Source: a virus
DNA: 64,000 nucleotides
Virus record (IMG/VR): IMGVR_UViG_3300005253_000098
Span: 1 to 64,000 of that record
Reading direction: 5' to 3' (one strand)
Shown: positions 50,022 to 60,374 of the stretch, piece after piece
Position numbering within the stretch: position 1 is the first letter of the stretch
How the letters are laid out: every line of letters begins with the position of its first letter
The notes under the pieces: generated by a model
Seen by the model: the letters and a program-made list of their open reading frames with translations, nothing else
Told to the model about the DNA's origin: nothing
The model's database searches: none
Position numbers and translations under genes: made by a program

Positions 50022-51697
50022 CTGGTTTTCTGCCTCTGTAATTTTGAATTATCTGTTGTGGGTCTATTTGCTTGAGGACCCTGTTTCTTAGCTGGTTCTC
50101 TACCAGCGGTCTGAGAACTTATCTTTTTAGTGCTGGCATTCGATCCAGTCTTTCCGCCTGGTTGAACACCCACTTCTTTTCCAAAACTGGTAATTTTCTC
50201 GTAGAACTTGTCTCGTTCTTTCTTCTCGTTGGGAGTTAAGCGTTTCTCCTCGCCAGCAATCAATCTTAATTCGTCCTCGGTGAAGATCATCAGCTCTTTA
50301 GCCACTGCAGCTCGTCTCATCATCATGTCCTTATCCTTGTCAAGTGATGTGCTACGAGAGATGCGTATACGTGAGATCTCCTTCTTAAACAGGGGATAGA
50401 TTCCCAATAATATCTCCTTGATATACCTTTCTAATGGTTTGAAGACTACATTAATCAGGTGCTCGGTCGTAACAGAGCTATGAGACATTCTATTAACGTC
50501 AGTCGCAAAACTCCCGCTGCCAGTGCTCGTTTCGGAGATCGGAAGACCGATGGCTCGTGTATGAGCTTCATCGATCTGCTTGAGTAAGTCATTTGATTGC
50601 AGGTAAGTGACCGCCTGTGGCTCAACAATCTGCACCTTGACATGCTCATCAGTAACAAGGGCTGAATCTGGTGCCCTCAACTCCTGCATCTGAATATAAG
50701 CATTCAAATAGTCTCTCCTCTGTTTAATTATGTGACTCATCCTCGAGTCAGTCGAACCTTTTGGTAAGTTTACAGTTTGTTCATTAATCCAGCTCAAGTC
50801 CACTTGATGCCACTGTATCGGCTGTGTTTGCTCCCTCGCTAACATATCCGCCCACATGATCTCCTGTTTCCACCACCAGGTAGTAACCAGTCTCTGCAGG
50901 GGTGCTCTGCTCCACACTCCATATGTCCACCTGTTCATAGAATCATCTACTTGATCATCCCCTTTATTAACCTGAATATGAATAATCTGATTCTCATCGA
51001 ACACGATTGGCAACGGATCGTCCTTGTGATGCAGTCTCATAATATTACTCATCACATTTGATAACCGTGAATCCATCACTTCATTTAGCACATAGTAATT
51101 GGGCTCCCATACCTGAAAATCCCTGCCCTGACCCATCCCATACAACTGCTTCATATTCTCTACTATAGTTAGATAATTAATAGGCAAGGATCTGAGCACC
51201 GGATAACCGTGTTTGACACTCTTCAAGTAAACAGCATTACCAAAAGTGATAGCATTAGCCGTAGCCTGATAAATCAAAGTCCTATAGTCAAGCAACTCCT
51301 CAGCTATCTTCTCCCCTGTCGTAAGCAAAAATAGTTCCTGATCATCCAGCTCACGCCCCGCATCCATGACCAATCCCTTATAGGCATTACTAACGAGCCC
51401 TGATTTTGTTCCAATACTGGCTCCAAGGTTAGCATCTGACCAATTCATATAACTGTAAAGTTCGTTCTGATTACTCCTATCTACGAAACTTCTCTCCACT
51501 GCATCAACCGCAAATTTCAATGGGTGATCAGTCTGTCGAGACATAGCTATCTTGAATGCACTCCTGTTATCAATTCCACCGACTGGAATATCGGACAGTA
51601 TTACATTCTTCCCATTATGATAGACTGGACGTTCGTTGATCCACTTCTTGACGTGACTATATGGACCGAAATTTGCATCCTGGAACTCTGTTGCCAT
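50018..51697 (-). CDS. portal protein
   Basis: follows terL; TFGNAVY, ENQIIHI, YG...APL, IFTEDELR motifs. Confidence 0.8.
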   Translation of the reverse strand: MATEFQDANFGPYSHVKKWINERPVYHNGKNVILSDIPVGGIDNRSAFKIAMSRQTDHPLKFAVDAVERSFVDRSNQNELYSYMNWSDANLGASIGTKSGLVSNAYKGLVMDAGRELDDQELFLLTTGEKIAEELLDYRTLIYQATANAITFGNAVYLKSVKHGYPVLRSLPINYLTIVENMKQLYGMGQGRDFQVWEPNYYVLNEVMDSRLSNVMSNIMRLHHKDDPLPIVFDENQIIHIQVNKGDDQVDDSMNRWTYGVWSRAPLQRLVTTWWWKQEIMWADMLAREQTQPIQWHQVDLSWINEQTVNLPKGSTDSRMSHIIKQRRDYLNAYIQMQELRAPDSALVTDEHVKVQIVEPQAVTYLQSNDLLKQIDEAHTRAIGLPISETSTGSGSFATDVNRMSHSSVTTEHLINVVFKPLERYIKEILLGIYPLFKKEISRIRISRSTSLDKDKDMMMRRAAVAKELMIFTEDELRLIAGEEKRLTPNEKKERDKFYEKITSFGKEVGVQPGGKTGSNASTKKISSQTAGREPAKKQGPQANRPTTDNSKLQRQKTR

Positions 51698-51725
51698 GGT
51701 TGAATTACTGGATGTAATATCAACC

Positions 51726-51731
51726 TATAAA
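51726..51731 (-). promoter_or_regulatory. TATA box for portal operon
   Basis: TTTATA about 29 nt upstream of the portal ATG. Confidence 0.5.
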
Positions 51732-51738
51732 GATTCCT

Positions 51739-53550
51739 CTATCTTCGCCTGCGTGACAAAGAAAGAGATCTCGATGCCATACTTCCCATTCTACGAGCAG
51801 AACTCATCATAGGCATACTTTTGGCTACTACGGCAGGGATAGCAGTTGGTGGACTGAACGTAGCACTAAGAGCTGGTCCAATTCCCACTTCTGGCATCTC
51901 CTGAATGAGATTCGCACCAGTTATGACCAGCACAGCTACATCCAGAATATCTTTCGAGCCCTTTGGTGGATGGTCGATACCCTTGGTGGTAGCCGTAACT
52001 TTCAATTGCATCTCTTTAACTTCCCTTGTGAAAACAGGATACTCCGGCATAGTGAACATCCTAAATTGAGCATAATTCTTAAACAGTTCCGCTTCGGGAA
52101 ATCGGATCTGCCGTTGAACTACGTCCAAACCCTCTCGATCGAGTGTTTGTTGAAGTATCGGATAGTTCAACGTATCAAACATCGCACGCCTCAAAGGAAA
52201 CAAATAATTACAAGAAAGGAAGAAATCCCTAACCTTAAAGGCATCAATATCAGACTCCTTCGGAACAAACCTGTAAAAACCATCAAACTGAATATGATAA
52301 AGCAATCGATCCTCAGCCTCAGAACCCATCAACTTACCAGCAGTATTATACTTATAGACCTTGTGCCACTCACCCTCACCAATAGTATGACCGACTGCGA
52401 TGCCGAACGCATCGAGTCGTGTTGCCGGATCACCAGCAATAATATAGTAAGCATTACTATCAATAGGCATACCAGACTCGTGTTTAAGAACGTCGAGACG
52501 TTCCGTCGCATAGCCATGCTCCTCCACGATCTCTCCAATGGGTTGTAAGAGATTGGGTAAGTTGGGTTGGATGTTTGGTCGGATGGTCTGGTCGTAATCT
52601 TTGATCCAAACATTAGAAGCAAAACTGGGATCGCAACCATAAAGTTGCCAGAACTCAGCAGGTTCGGTCGTTCGCTCGGTGTCAAAGTCCTCAAACTTGT
52701 AAAGCTTATTCCCGAAGGGATTAGTAACCTCATCATACCAGGTCACGACCTTCATCCAGATAGTTTCTCCACCACTGGCTTCAGCAGGCTGCTTTAACCT
52801 CCACATCTTAGAGCCTGCCAGTCCACTACTCGAAATCATAAACACCTTCCCAAAAAGACCTTTAGTAGCTTGGTAGAGTGTCTTAGTCGAGTTCTTCATA
52901 ATCTTATAAACATTATCGACTCCACTTGGTCCCTCTGTATCATCGAACTGATCTACTTCGTCCATACTAAAGAAAGCAGCAGTCTTACCAGCCGCACCGC
53001 CAGACTTGCTCGCAAGTGCAATAACATCAACATTCTCCCTCGGAAAATTGATCTCCTCACTCCTGATGTTCATCTCAGGAGCATATTCCCTAAAGTAGGG
53101 TGAACTATCAAACATAGCTTTGCTAATGGCGAACACCGAGTCCAGGGACTGTGGCTTATTGGTAGCAACATTAGTGATTTTAATGTGCTGATCCTTCATT
53201 TGACCGAATTCTTTTGCAGGAGTCCAGCCTGGCTTATCTGCAATCCTGTGCATCTTATACATAGCTACGAAAGCTTGAATACCAGCAGTAGTCGTTTTAC
53301 TTAGACGCATACCGCCCATTACGACCATTTCTCTGATATTCTGGTTGGGAATACCCCTTACGGTATTACACGGACTCCACAAGCGACGACTGACCTCCTT
53401 TTGCAGTGGTGTCGGCTCAACATATTGCCCTCCATGAAAATAAGGATCAGAAATAAGATAGACTGGATCGAGGAACCCCTTATACATTTTTGTTCTTCGT
53501 TGCAGATCAGTAAGTCTGCCCCAGCTCTTAACCATATCGTGTCGCCGCAA
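51739..53550 (-). CDS. terL: terminase large subunit
   Basis: Walker A-like GGMRLSKTT, Walker B FSMDEVD, MISS coupling motif, nuclease AGDPA...D...SKDILD. Confidence 0.88.
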   Translation of the reverse strand: MRRHDMVKSWGRLTDLQRRTKMYKGFLDPVYLISDPYFHGGQYVEPTPLQKEVSRRLWSPCNTVRGIPNQNIREMVVMGGMRLSKTTTAGIQAFVAMYKMHRIADKPGWTPAKEFGQMKDQHIKITNVATNKPQSLDSVFAISKAMFDSSPYFREYAPEMNIRSEEINFPRENVDVIALASKSGGAAGKTAAFFSMDEVDQFDDTEGPSGVDNVYKIMKNSTKTLYQATKGLFGKVFMISSSGLAGSKMWRLKQPAEASGGETIWMKVVTWYDEVTNPFGNKLYKFEDFDTERTTEPAEFWQLYGCDPSFASNVWIKDYDQTIRPNIQPNLPNLLQPIGEIVEEHGYATERLDVLKHESGMPIDSNAYYIIAGDPATRLDAFGIAVGHTIGEGEWHKVYKYNTAGKLMGSEAEDRLLYHIQFDGFYRFVPKESDIDAFKVRDFFLSCNYLFPLRRAMFDTLNYPILQQTLDREGLDVVQRQIRFPEAELFKNYAQFRMFTMPEYPVFTREVKEMQLKVTATTKGIDHPPKGSKDILDVAVLVITGANLIQEMPEVGIGPALSATFSPPTAIPAVVAKSMPMMSSARRMGSMASRSLSLSRRRR

Positions 53551-53911
53551 AAATAGTATTCTTGACCTGATCTCCCTTCATATAAGTAATATCGAGAGAG
53601 TCAAGCATTTTTTGAGCATATTCGTAGAGAATTTCCGTCAATTGCAACTTGAAGGGATTACCCCAGCGATCAGTCCCAATATCACAAATAATAATCTTTT
53701 CCTTGCTGATGTGTTCCTGAACACGTTTGATATCATATCCCCTGTGAGCGAGAACTACGACTTTATCTGCCCAATGACCGAGTTCCTGGAGAGACACGTC
53801 ACCAGTAAAGTCAATACCGATAGCGATAGCCTCATGATCCATATACTTGAGCATACGAGCTAAAGCATAGCTCCTGCAGTTGCCCTGGTTGCAAATAGTG
53901 AGAAACCTCAT
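53528..53911 (-). CDS. low-molecular-weight protein phosphatase/arsenate-reductase-fold protein
   Basis: N-terminal P-loop C-x5-R: TICNQGNCRS; WADKVVVL; DRWGNP. Confidence 0.8.
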   Translation of the reverse strand: MRFLTICNQGNCRSYALARMLKYMDHEAIAIGIDFTGDVSLQELGHWADKVVVLAHRGYDIKRVQEHISKEKIIICDIGTDRWGNPFKLQLTEILYEYAQKMLDSLDITYMKGDQVKNTIFAATRYG

Positions 53912-54618
53912 CTGTCTTGATTCCTGTTCCTGTTAGCTAAATGACTCAGGTGATCGTCCATGCGAGACCTGACCCGAACTTTCTTGACCTCATCGCGTTT
54001 AGTCACGACTTCGAGTTTTTCCTCAGCTTCCTTTTCTTCTTTAACATCAGCTTTCTCTTCCATCTTATCGAGAACCTTGATCTGACACTTTGGACACAAT
54101 TCCATGGTCACGAGATTGAAGAAATAATCGTATTCTTCTTGGACGTTGACTTCAGTCTCCTCATTAACTGGGAGCTCGCTCATAGCCTTGAAGGTATCTC
54201 TAATCTCTCTCGTGATCTTTGTGATGTCACGAGTATCCGAGAGTAGTCTGATTAGTTCACGAGTGAGGATCTTTTGCTGAATAATGTAGTATTTATGTGG
54301 TTTCTTTACCAGTTCCTCGAGATTTTCGGTCAGGTTCGTTCGATCAGCCGCTTGTTGAGTGTTGTTTTCCTCTCGGGTCTGATAATAACTGGAGTCCTGG
54401 TAGGATAAATGGTGTCCCTCGACAACATGCGTTCGGACAGCTTGAACAGAGATATGATAGAAGCGAGCAACTTCTTCTTCTGGAGCATCAGCGATCGATT
54501 GATTGATTTCTGACACTCTGGGGTGGAGACCGACCGGACAAGGCGTTGGGAGCACAGAGCACCAATCAATACGCCGGCGGTTAGCATCTGATGACATTTG
54601 AATAGGAGATAAAAACAA
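53908..54618 (-). CDS. putative terminase small subunit
   Basis: position upstream of terL; CPVGLHP..HTH (VARFYHISVQAVRTH) then coiled coil. Confidence 0.55.
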   Translation of the reverse strand: MFLSPIQMSSDANRRRIDWCSVLPTPCPVGLHPRVSEINQSIADAPEEEVARFYHISVQAVRTHVVEGHHLSYQDSSYYQTREENNTQQAADRTNLTENLEELVKKPHKYYIIQQKILTRELIRLLSDTRDITKITREIRDTFKAMSELPVNEETEVNVQEEYDYFFNLVTMELCPKCQIKVLDKMEEKADVKEEKEAEEKLEVVTKRDEVKKVRVRSRMDDHLSHLANRNRNQDR

Positions 54619-54652
54619 GGTTATTTAATGTTTTTGGTATCAGTGATTTAAT

Positions 54653-54853
54653 ATGAACAATTTGTCTAAAATAGTAATAAAATTGAAAACAAGAGAAGAT
54701 GGGCTTACCCCAGCTCACGATACACATGTCTTTATTGACGGTAAAGAGATACATGGTATTTTTAAGATAGAAGCAGAAATAGAAGCTGATACTATCCAGA
54801 TAATGAAATTAAGCTTCCATGCAGCCCTTATCAAGTTTGAATACGAAACATGA
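54653..54853 (+). CDS. hypothetical protein
   Basis: VFIDGKEIHG motif; divergent from terS. Confidence 0.5.
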   Translation: MNNLSKIVIKLKTREDGLTPAHDTHVFIDGKEIHGIFKIEAEIEADTIQIMKLSFHAALIKFEYET

Positions 54854-54887
54854 TAGGGAAAAGTTTATGAAATAGTGTTTTCAGGAC

Positions 54888-55316
54888 TTGCCAGTGATCA
54901 TGATGGTCTGGATATTTAATTGGTTTACGAAGGCTGACGAACTCAAGTTATGTCAGGATGCACTCGATATTGCACAAGCAGAGAACAAGAAGTTCAGAAC
55001 GGAGTTTAAGCTTGACAAATTCGAGATTAAATACAACTACAAAGTTGATTTAAAAAGGAAAGTCATAAAATCATTTACCGCTGGTAAGTCTGCACAGCTT
55101 ATCTATGATGAGATAATAGACTTCTTCCCAAGTCTGGCTGAAGAAGGCGAATCATTAGAAGCTTGGCTACCGATAGACGCCGAGAAACAGGAAGATAGTT
55201 CCGTCCAATTCCGAGTCGCAAACGGCTGGGCTATCGTGCTTGTTAACGAAAAAGCAGTTCTCATTGACGGTTGTTCATTCCATAACTACGTCGCTGAGCT
55301 GTTTAAGATTGCCTGA
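54888..55316 (+). CDS. hypothetical protein
   Basis: 142-aa ORF. Confidence 0.5.
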   Translation: MPVIMMVWIFNWFTKADELKLCQDALDIAQAENKKFRTEFKLDKFEIKYNYKVDLKRKVIKSFTAGKSAQLIYDEIIDFFPSLAEEGESLEAWLPIDAEKQEDSSVQFRVANGWAIVLVNEKAVLIDGCSFHNYVAELFKIA

Positions 55317-55504
55317 ATTGAAATTTGGACATTTCAATTTTCTTTCTATATATAATATAATGAGTTGAAAAATATGAACAAAAATATTATGTTTGTTCCG
55401 CCTTTTCACTCCAAAGAATGCGGTTGTTACTGGTATATAGGAAAAGAAATGGTTGTCTGTGATTATCATAAGAAAAATACTGTAATAATAAAAGATGTTA
55501 AATA

Positions 55505-55645
55505 ATGAACGATTTTGAATGCCCGAGCTGCCATAAAATCGGAGGAATTTACTTTATGAGCGGAGCTAATTGTGGATTATGTGGTTGGGATGACAAAAGA
55601 ATCGAGAGAGAGTTAGCCGAGACAGAAATGATGAATAATGGGTAA
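55505..55645 (+). CDS. Zn-ribbon microprotein (46 aa, not in ORF track)
   Basis: CPSC...CGLCGW. Confidence 0.5.
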   Translation: MNDFECPSCHKIGGIYFMSGANCGLCGWDDKRIERELAETEMMNNG

Positions 55646-56033
55646 ATGGTCCAAACTATGGTTCGCGATGTGCTTCCCGCCAAGATTTTTCTATGCCTTC
55701 CTGACGCTCTTGTTCTGGTCGATACTCGTGGTTTTAGCTACTATATCTATGTTGACGGGTCTGGGAGAAGCAATTTTAGGACTACTTTTATTCCTCGGAT
55801 TGTTTGGTCAGACTATTATTACGTGGCTGTGGTTGCGGGCTAAGTGGCTCGGAAAGAAAGCCCAACATTATTTAGACACCATTGGAACCGGCGTAAGCAA
55901 TAAACTCGGTCAGATCGGTGGTTTTACTCTCGAGACCATGGGAAAGGGAAAAGTTGTTTTTCGCGATAAGACCGGCAATATCGTCGGAAAATCTATCGAA
56001 CAAGCCAGATCCGGCATCGATAGACTTAAATAA
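55638..56033 (+). CDS. membrane protein (2 TM)
   Basis: two long hydrophobic helices. Confidence 0.6.
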   Translation: MGKWSKLWFAMCFPPRFFYAFLTLLFWSILVVLATISMLTGLGEAILGLLLFLGLFGQTIITWLWLRAKWLGKKAQHYLDTIGTGVSNKLGQIGGFTLETMGKGKVVFRDKTGNIVGKSIEQARSGIDRLK

Positions 56034-56121
56034 TGATTACTGCATTAGATAGACCAACCTGTAAGTAATATGAACCCACCTGGGCATGTGGCAAAACCGC
56101 CTATTTTTATTGTGATAGATT

Positions 56122-56334
56122 ATGACTTTCATTAACGGTATATGTTCTGCCTGTGGGCACGAATCTACTGAGCATCACGAGAGATTTGTTATGTGTGACT
56201 TTACTCGCTTCTGCAAGAAGTGCGGTGAACTTCACCCCGATCCTTATGTTAAGGCTGTGGCTTGTTTCTGGTATCCAGCCCATTTTCACCCGGATGTTGG
56301 CGGTCAGGTTCCTTGCGTTGAAGTGACCATATGA
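56122..56334 (+). CDS. Cys/His-rich Zn-finger protein
   Basis: CSACGH...CKKCGELH. Confidence 0.55.
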   Translation: MTFINGICSACGHESTEHHERFVMCDFTRFCKKCGELHPDPYVKAVACFWYPAHFHPDVGGQVPCVEVTI

Positions 56335-56555
56335 AGATTTTCGATCATCGAGAGAGATGTGCTGGCTGCAAAGGCTACATAGACCGAGGTGAACACGTCG
56401 ATTGTCTGGAGAGACTGCCTGATGGTTACTTTAGTCAAGAAGCTCGAGAGATCACCTTCCATGGTCCGTCGTTCAACCTGTTCGTCATTGATGATATGGA
56501 ACCAACTCTCGGTAGTGTGGAAGTCCAATTAACATATAAATATTATTACAAGTGA
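56331..56555 (+). CDS. CxxC..HxxC Zn-finger protein (family member 1)
   Basis: RCAGCK...HVDCLERL. Confidence 0.55.
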   Translation: MKIFDHRERCAGCKGYIDRGEHVDCLERLPDGYFSQEAREITFHGPSFNLFVIDDMEPTLGSVEVQLTYKYYYK

Positions 56556-56560
56556 TTACT

Positions 56561-56719
56561 ATGACACACAAACAAGCTAAAAGTTTAGAAGAACTACCAC
56601 ATGTCTGCCCCGAGTGCAAAGCGGACCTCCTAAAGGTAGGATATTCCCAGACATTGAATATAAATCCTCCACACAAGCATTCCTGTGGTAATTGTGATGT
56701 ATTGTTGGGGTATTTTTAA
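56561..56719 (+). CDS. Zn-ribbon microprotein (52 aa, not in ORF track)
   Basis: CPEC...CGNC. Confidence 0.5.
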   Translation: MTHKQAKSLEELPHVCPECKADLLKVGYSQTLNINPPHKHSCGNCDVLLGYF

Positions 56720-56942
56720 CATGGATAATCAAGAAGATAAAGACGCCATCAAGGCTGGAATGGCTGCCCTCGAGGTATTGAAGATGCAAATGAAGTTGTT
56801 TGATATTTTTGGCATAGATGATCCCGAGGTGACTGGTGATCATGAGCTAATGGAGTTCCGTGCTGATTGTCAGATCGTGGTTGAGGCTCTGGATCGAATT
56901 GTCAAGTTTGCCAAGAAACGCTGGGTGGATAAAGTTCAATGA
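56685..56942 (+). CDS. hypothetical protein (likely start MDNQ)
   Basis: helical acidic ORF within the operon. Confidence 0.45.
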   Translation: MVIVMYCWGIFNMDNQEDKDAIKAGMAALEVLKMQMKLFDIFGIDDPEVTGDHELMEFRADCQIVVEALDRIVKFAKKRWVDKVQ

Positions 56943-57214
56943 GTATGCATGATCCCTGTCAGAAGTGCACCCATCGACAGAGCTTCCATTATTATCATCT
57001 CGAGAGAGGCAGATCGAATGTTGATCATGAGCACTCTATTGTTCTGATGTGCACACAGTGTGATACTGAGAACACTCTTCTTACTGAGGAGGCTTATGTT
57101 ATCGAGTCGACTATTGGTTTCTGTGAAAGAGTTGTTCTTAAGTCTGGTGATACGTATGCTGTTGGTGTTCGTGATGGTTTATTGACTATCGGAGTGGAGT
57201 CCTGGTTCAGATGA
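56939..57214 (+). CDS. Zn-finger protein
   Basis: CQKCTH...CTQC. Confidence 0.5.
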   Translation: MSMHDPCQKCTHRQSFHYYHLERGRSNVDHEHSIVLMCTQCDTENTLLTEEAYVIESTIGFCERVVLKSGDTYAVGVRDGLLTIGVESWFR

Positions 57215-57377
57215 GTGTTGTATCGTTTATCTATGCTATTTTGATTGTTTTCGTGTCCGCTGGTGTTGTTATAGTTATGTCTATGATTGACCTTACCGGG
57301 GAACCGACTATAGAACGCGTGACCTTCATTATTGCGGTCATTGCTTTAACGCATTCTCTTGATAAGAGGTCTGTGAA

Positions 57378-57755
57378 ATGAGTGTTGTTGACGAAGGTGA
57401 GAGGCGTTGTCCTGGTTGCAGGCAAGAAGTGACCGTAGAGAACATTCTGGTTCATATGGATTGCCTTGAGAACCTGATGACGGCTTTCCGAGCTGCTCGG
57501 TTGGAGAGAGGGCATGCTACTTCTTTGGAGATTGAGATCGAGGTCAACGACGAGAGACTGCGGAATTCGCTCCTTAATTATCGGGCTGGTATGGAGTCTC
57601 TGATGGTGGCTTATGGTGAAGGTATTCGTCGCCATAATCGAGAGGCTATTCGTATGTATGCTCGTCACCGCGGATTGATTCATATTGTGAGTGTTGCTCT
57701 CGGTGCGTTTGTGGGCTCGTTCATCGGACTGGGTATTATCAACCTGCTTTTTTAG
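57378..57755 (+). CDS. CxxC..HxxC Zn-finger protein with C-terminal TM (family member 2)
   Basis: RCPGCR...HMDCLENL; C-terminal hydrophobic helix. Confidence 0.65.
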   Translation: MSVVDEGERRCPGCRQEVTVENILVHMDCLENLMTAFRAARLERGHATSLEIEIEVNDERLRNSLLNYRAGMESLMVAYGEGIRRHNREAIRMYARHRGLIHIVSVALGAFVGSFIGLGIINLLF

Positions 57756-57795
57756 GTTTGTGAAATATGAAATACTATAGAGGATAAAAGTTCAA

Positions 57796-58128
57796 ATGAG
57801 TATTGTTGGTGATGGTGAGATCCGCTGTGCCGGTTGTAAGCAGATTATTTCTATGGAGATAATTACTAATCACCAGGACTGTATGCAAAGAATTGATACA
57901 CATCGCAATCTGCTCCAGTTCGTGCTCGAGGTCAATCCAGAGGCTCTACAGGAACGCTTGAATCAGCATTATAACACTATGGAGGTATTTGACTCACATT
58001 TTTACGATACGGCTGCTAAGGCTCACGTTTTAGCCAAGAAACGTATTCGTCGGACTGCTATAGTTTGGACTGCTGGTTCTATTTTTGCTATTCTTCTCAC
58101 CCAGTTCCTCTCTTACCTGTTGTTTTAG
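57796..58128 (+). CDS. CxxC..HxxC Zn-finger protein with C-terminal TM (family member 3)
   Basis: RCAGCK...HQDCMQRI; C-terminal hydrophobic helix ending LLF, as in member 2. Confidence 0.65.
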   Translation: MSIVGDGEIRCAGCKQIISMEIITNHQDCMQRIDTHRNLLQFVLEVNPEALQERLNQHYNTMEVFDSHFYDTAAKAHVLAKKRIRRTAIVWTAGSIFAILLTQFLSYLLF

Positions 58129-58802
58129 GTTGATTTTCCCGCAGGAATTCAACCACCTCCTCTTCTAATTGGATACCCCCCTCCGATCTTTGTTACTGTT
58201 TTAGGGTCGGATACTCTTGTGTGGGGTAAGAGCTTTTGCAGGTCAATCTCCCCAGCTGGGTGAGCGACTGTGCCCAGAAATCCTGCAGATCATCGAATTT
58301 CGTAGATTTGTTTGAACTGAGCTTATTTGCAGCTATAAACGTTGATTTATGCTCTATTTTTAATTTAATGTTATTAGATAAGAATACAGCTGCACAAGTA
58401 GATAGAATAGGGTTATAATATAGCTGCTAATAGCTGCTGCTTTGCGGAACTCGTTAGGAACCCTAATTTGCACTCCTTTAGGTAACTAAAAGGGAAAAAA
58501 CAAAGGATTTATAAAGAGAAGTATTATATATAATATAAGACAAAATAAAGGTAAAGTGATAGATGAATAAAAAAATTAAACCAGTATTAGTTTTAAGCAG
58601 CGTAAAGTTAGCTAAAAAACCGCTGCCGTGTAATTCTCAGCTTTCACGTGTGTTAATTGCTGAACCGTAAAAACTTGTTAGGTCTGCCTTGAATTTACTA
58701 CAACCTCTCTGATTCAATTACGTTCATAGTGTATAAGTCAACTACTTCTTCATTTCTTCACTCTCTAAGGTAAGATAGCACGAAAAGACGGTATATATAT
58801 AA

Positions 58803-59921
58803 GTGAATATACTAATAGAAATAGGTGTGAACAATATGGATACAAATGACATAGAAAAACAAATCGAATTGTTACGTAGTAAGTCTAAGACTAACTACGA
58901 CTCTTACAATATATTTAGTGATATTGTAAGTCCTAAAAAGGAAAGAATGGATTCTAAGAGGTCAACAAAGCTAAGAATACAAAGCTTACCTGATATGGAG
59001 ACAATAGATGCAACTACTACTTTAAAGATAGTATTTAATCAACTCGTTGGGTCTGATAACGTCTTTACTTATCCTGCAGTCCTAAAGGGCAGCAAAAAGA
59101 AGCTTAATGATGCTATGGATATTTATCATCCTATAGTTTTTGGTTTTAATGTAGCTAAGAGCTTAATTCAAAACAAGACAAGACTACTTAAGTCTAATTG
59201 GTCTCATATATGGGAAATATTGGAGTTAGCTTTAGCAATAACACCAATAAGCCGTTCTTCTACAGCAGATTCTTTTGCGGGTAGTATGGATTATTTAGAC
59301 GATAAAGGTAACATACTTAACTATGGTAATGGAAATTTTAACTCCAAAGTTAGAGCTGCCTTTAATTATCTTATTGTTGATGATAAGATAAGCCCAAGTT
59401 ATGAGAAAAGATTCAATAAGCTCATAGACCAAGAGGTTTTAATTGAGAAGTCAAAAGAAACCTTTGGAGTTAATCCTAACTTAGAAGAATATACGATTGA
59501 TCTATTGACTGAAGAACAACAAACCTTTTACAAATGCTTCTTTGATTCTAAGAGCAATATCCATTTCTATCTAAGAGATAATCCTAAAAGGTCTCAATAC
59601 AAGCAAGGCAATACACATATAGAGGTCGTTAAGGGATATATGCACAGAGCTGGGATAAGCTATTATAATCCCGTCTTAGATGGAACAATAGCAGGGTTAC
59701 AAACCAATAACCCAAAGCTTTGTGTTCCTTACCAATTTAAGCAATTCCTTAACGTAATAAGCGATGATACCTTAAAGCTTAAACCTTTCTCAGAGAAGAA
59801 CTTAACGGTAAAACAATTACAGTCTAAGTTAGATGAGAAAACATCTAAAACCCTTAAGACAATCTCTGAGCGATCTCATAACTTCTATAAACTTCCTTTC
59901 CCTTATAGCGTAAAGGATTAA
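58803..59921 (+). CDS. hypothetical protein (probable start ATG 58836)
   Basis: 372-aa ORF; TATATATAA box and GGTG SD upstream. Confidence 0.7.
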   Translation: MNILIEIGVNNMDTNDIEKQIELLRSKSKTNYDSYNIFSDIVSPKKERMDSKRSTKLRIQSLPDMETIDATTTLKIVFNQLVGSDNVFTYPAVLKGSKKKLNDAMDIYHPIVFGFNVAKSLIQNKTRLLKSNWSHIWEILELALAITPISRSSTADSFAGSMDYLDDKGNILNYGNGNFNSKVRAAFNYLIVDDKISPSYEKRFNKLIDQEVLIEKSKETFGVNPNLEEYTIDLLTEEQQTFYKCFFDSKSNIHFYLRDNPKRSQYKQGNTHIEVVKGYMHRAGISYYNPVLDGTIAGLQTNNPKLCVPYQFKQFLNVISDDTLKLKPFSEKNLTVKQLQSKLDEKTSKTLKTISERSHNFYKLPFPYSVKD

Positions 59922-60030
59922 CCAATACGCTAATCTACTATAACCAATTTCTTCTTCCCTTTTTTAATACTCACGAATTTAAGTAGTAATAGATTTAACT
60001 CGGTATATAATTAAATGGAGTGATAGAATA

Positions 60031-60180
60031 ATGCACGATTTAGTAGAGATAAGCCCTAAAGACATAAACAAGTATGATAAAACAGAAGTAATTGAAACAG
60101 GAGTTTTAGAGTGGATTCCATTACTTAGACAATATGTTAAGGTTATTAGGTATTACGTTCACCAAACCTTAAGAGAATAA
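60031..60180 (+). CDS. small hypothetical protein (49 aa)
   Basis: GGAGTGA SD; MHDLVEISPKD... Confidence 0.45.
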   Translation: MHDLVEISPKDINKYDKTEVIETGVLEWIPLLRQYVKVIRYYVHQTLRE

Positions 60181-60195
60181 TAGGAGTAATCAATA

Positions 60196-60339
60196 ATGAG
60201 CAAAGGATATATATTTACTCCCAAAGAAATAGCAAGGTTTGAGTATACAAGAATAACAAGGAAAGATATTAATAATGAGGAATTAACGAAAGCTGAAATA
60301 GACTTCGTTATCTTCATAGAACAAGATTTTATAGAATAA
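60196..60339 (+). CDS. small hypothetical protein (47 aa)
   Basis: AGGAG SD; MSKGYIFTPKE... Confidence 0.45.
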   Translation: MSKGYIFTPKEIARFEYTRITRKDINNEELTKAEIDFVIFIEQDFIE

Positions 60340-60374
60340 ACTACTACATAAGAAACCAAATTCTTATTCTAATA

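Noticed and set aside
58130-58420. tRNA or structured ncRNA in the intergenic gap
   Set aside because: Only short hairpins; no cloverleaf, T-loop consensus or recognisable ribozyme core
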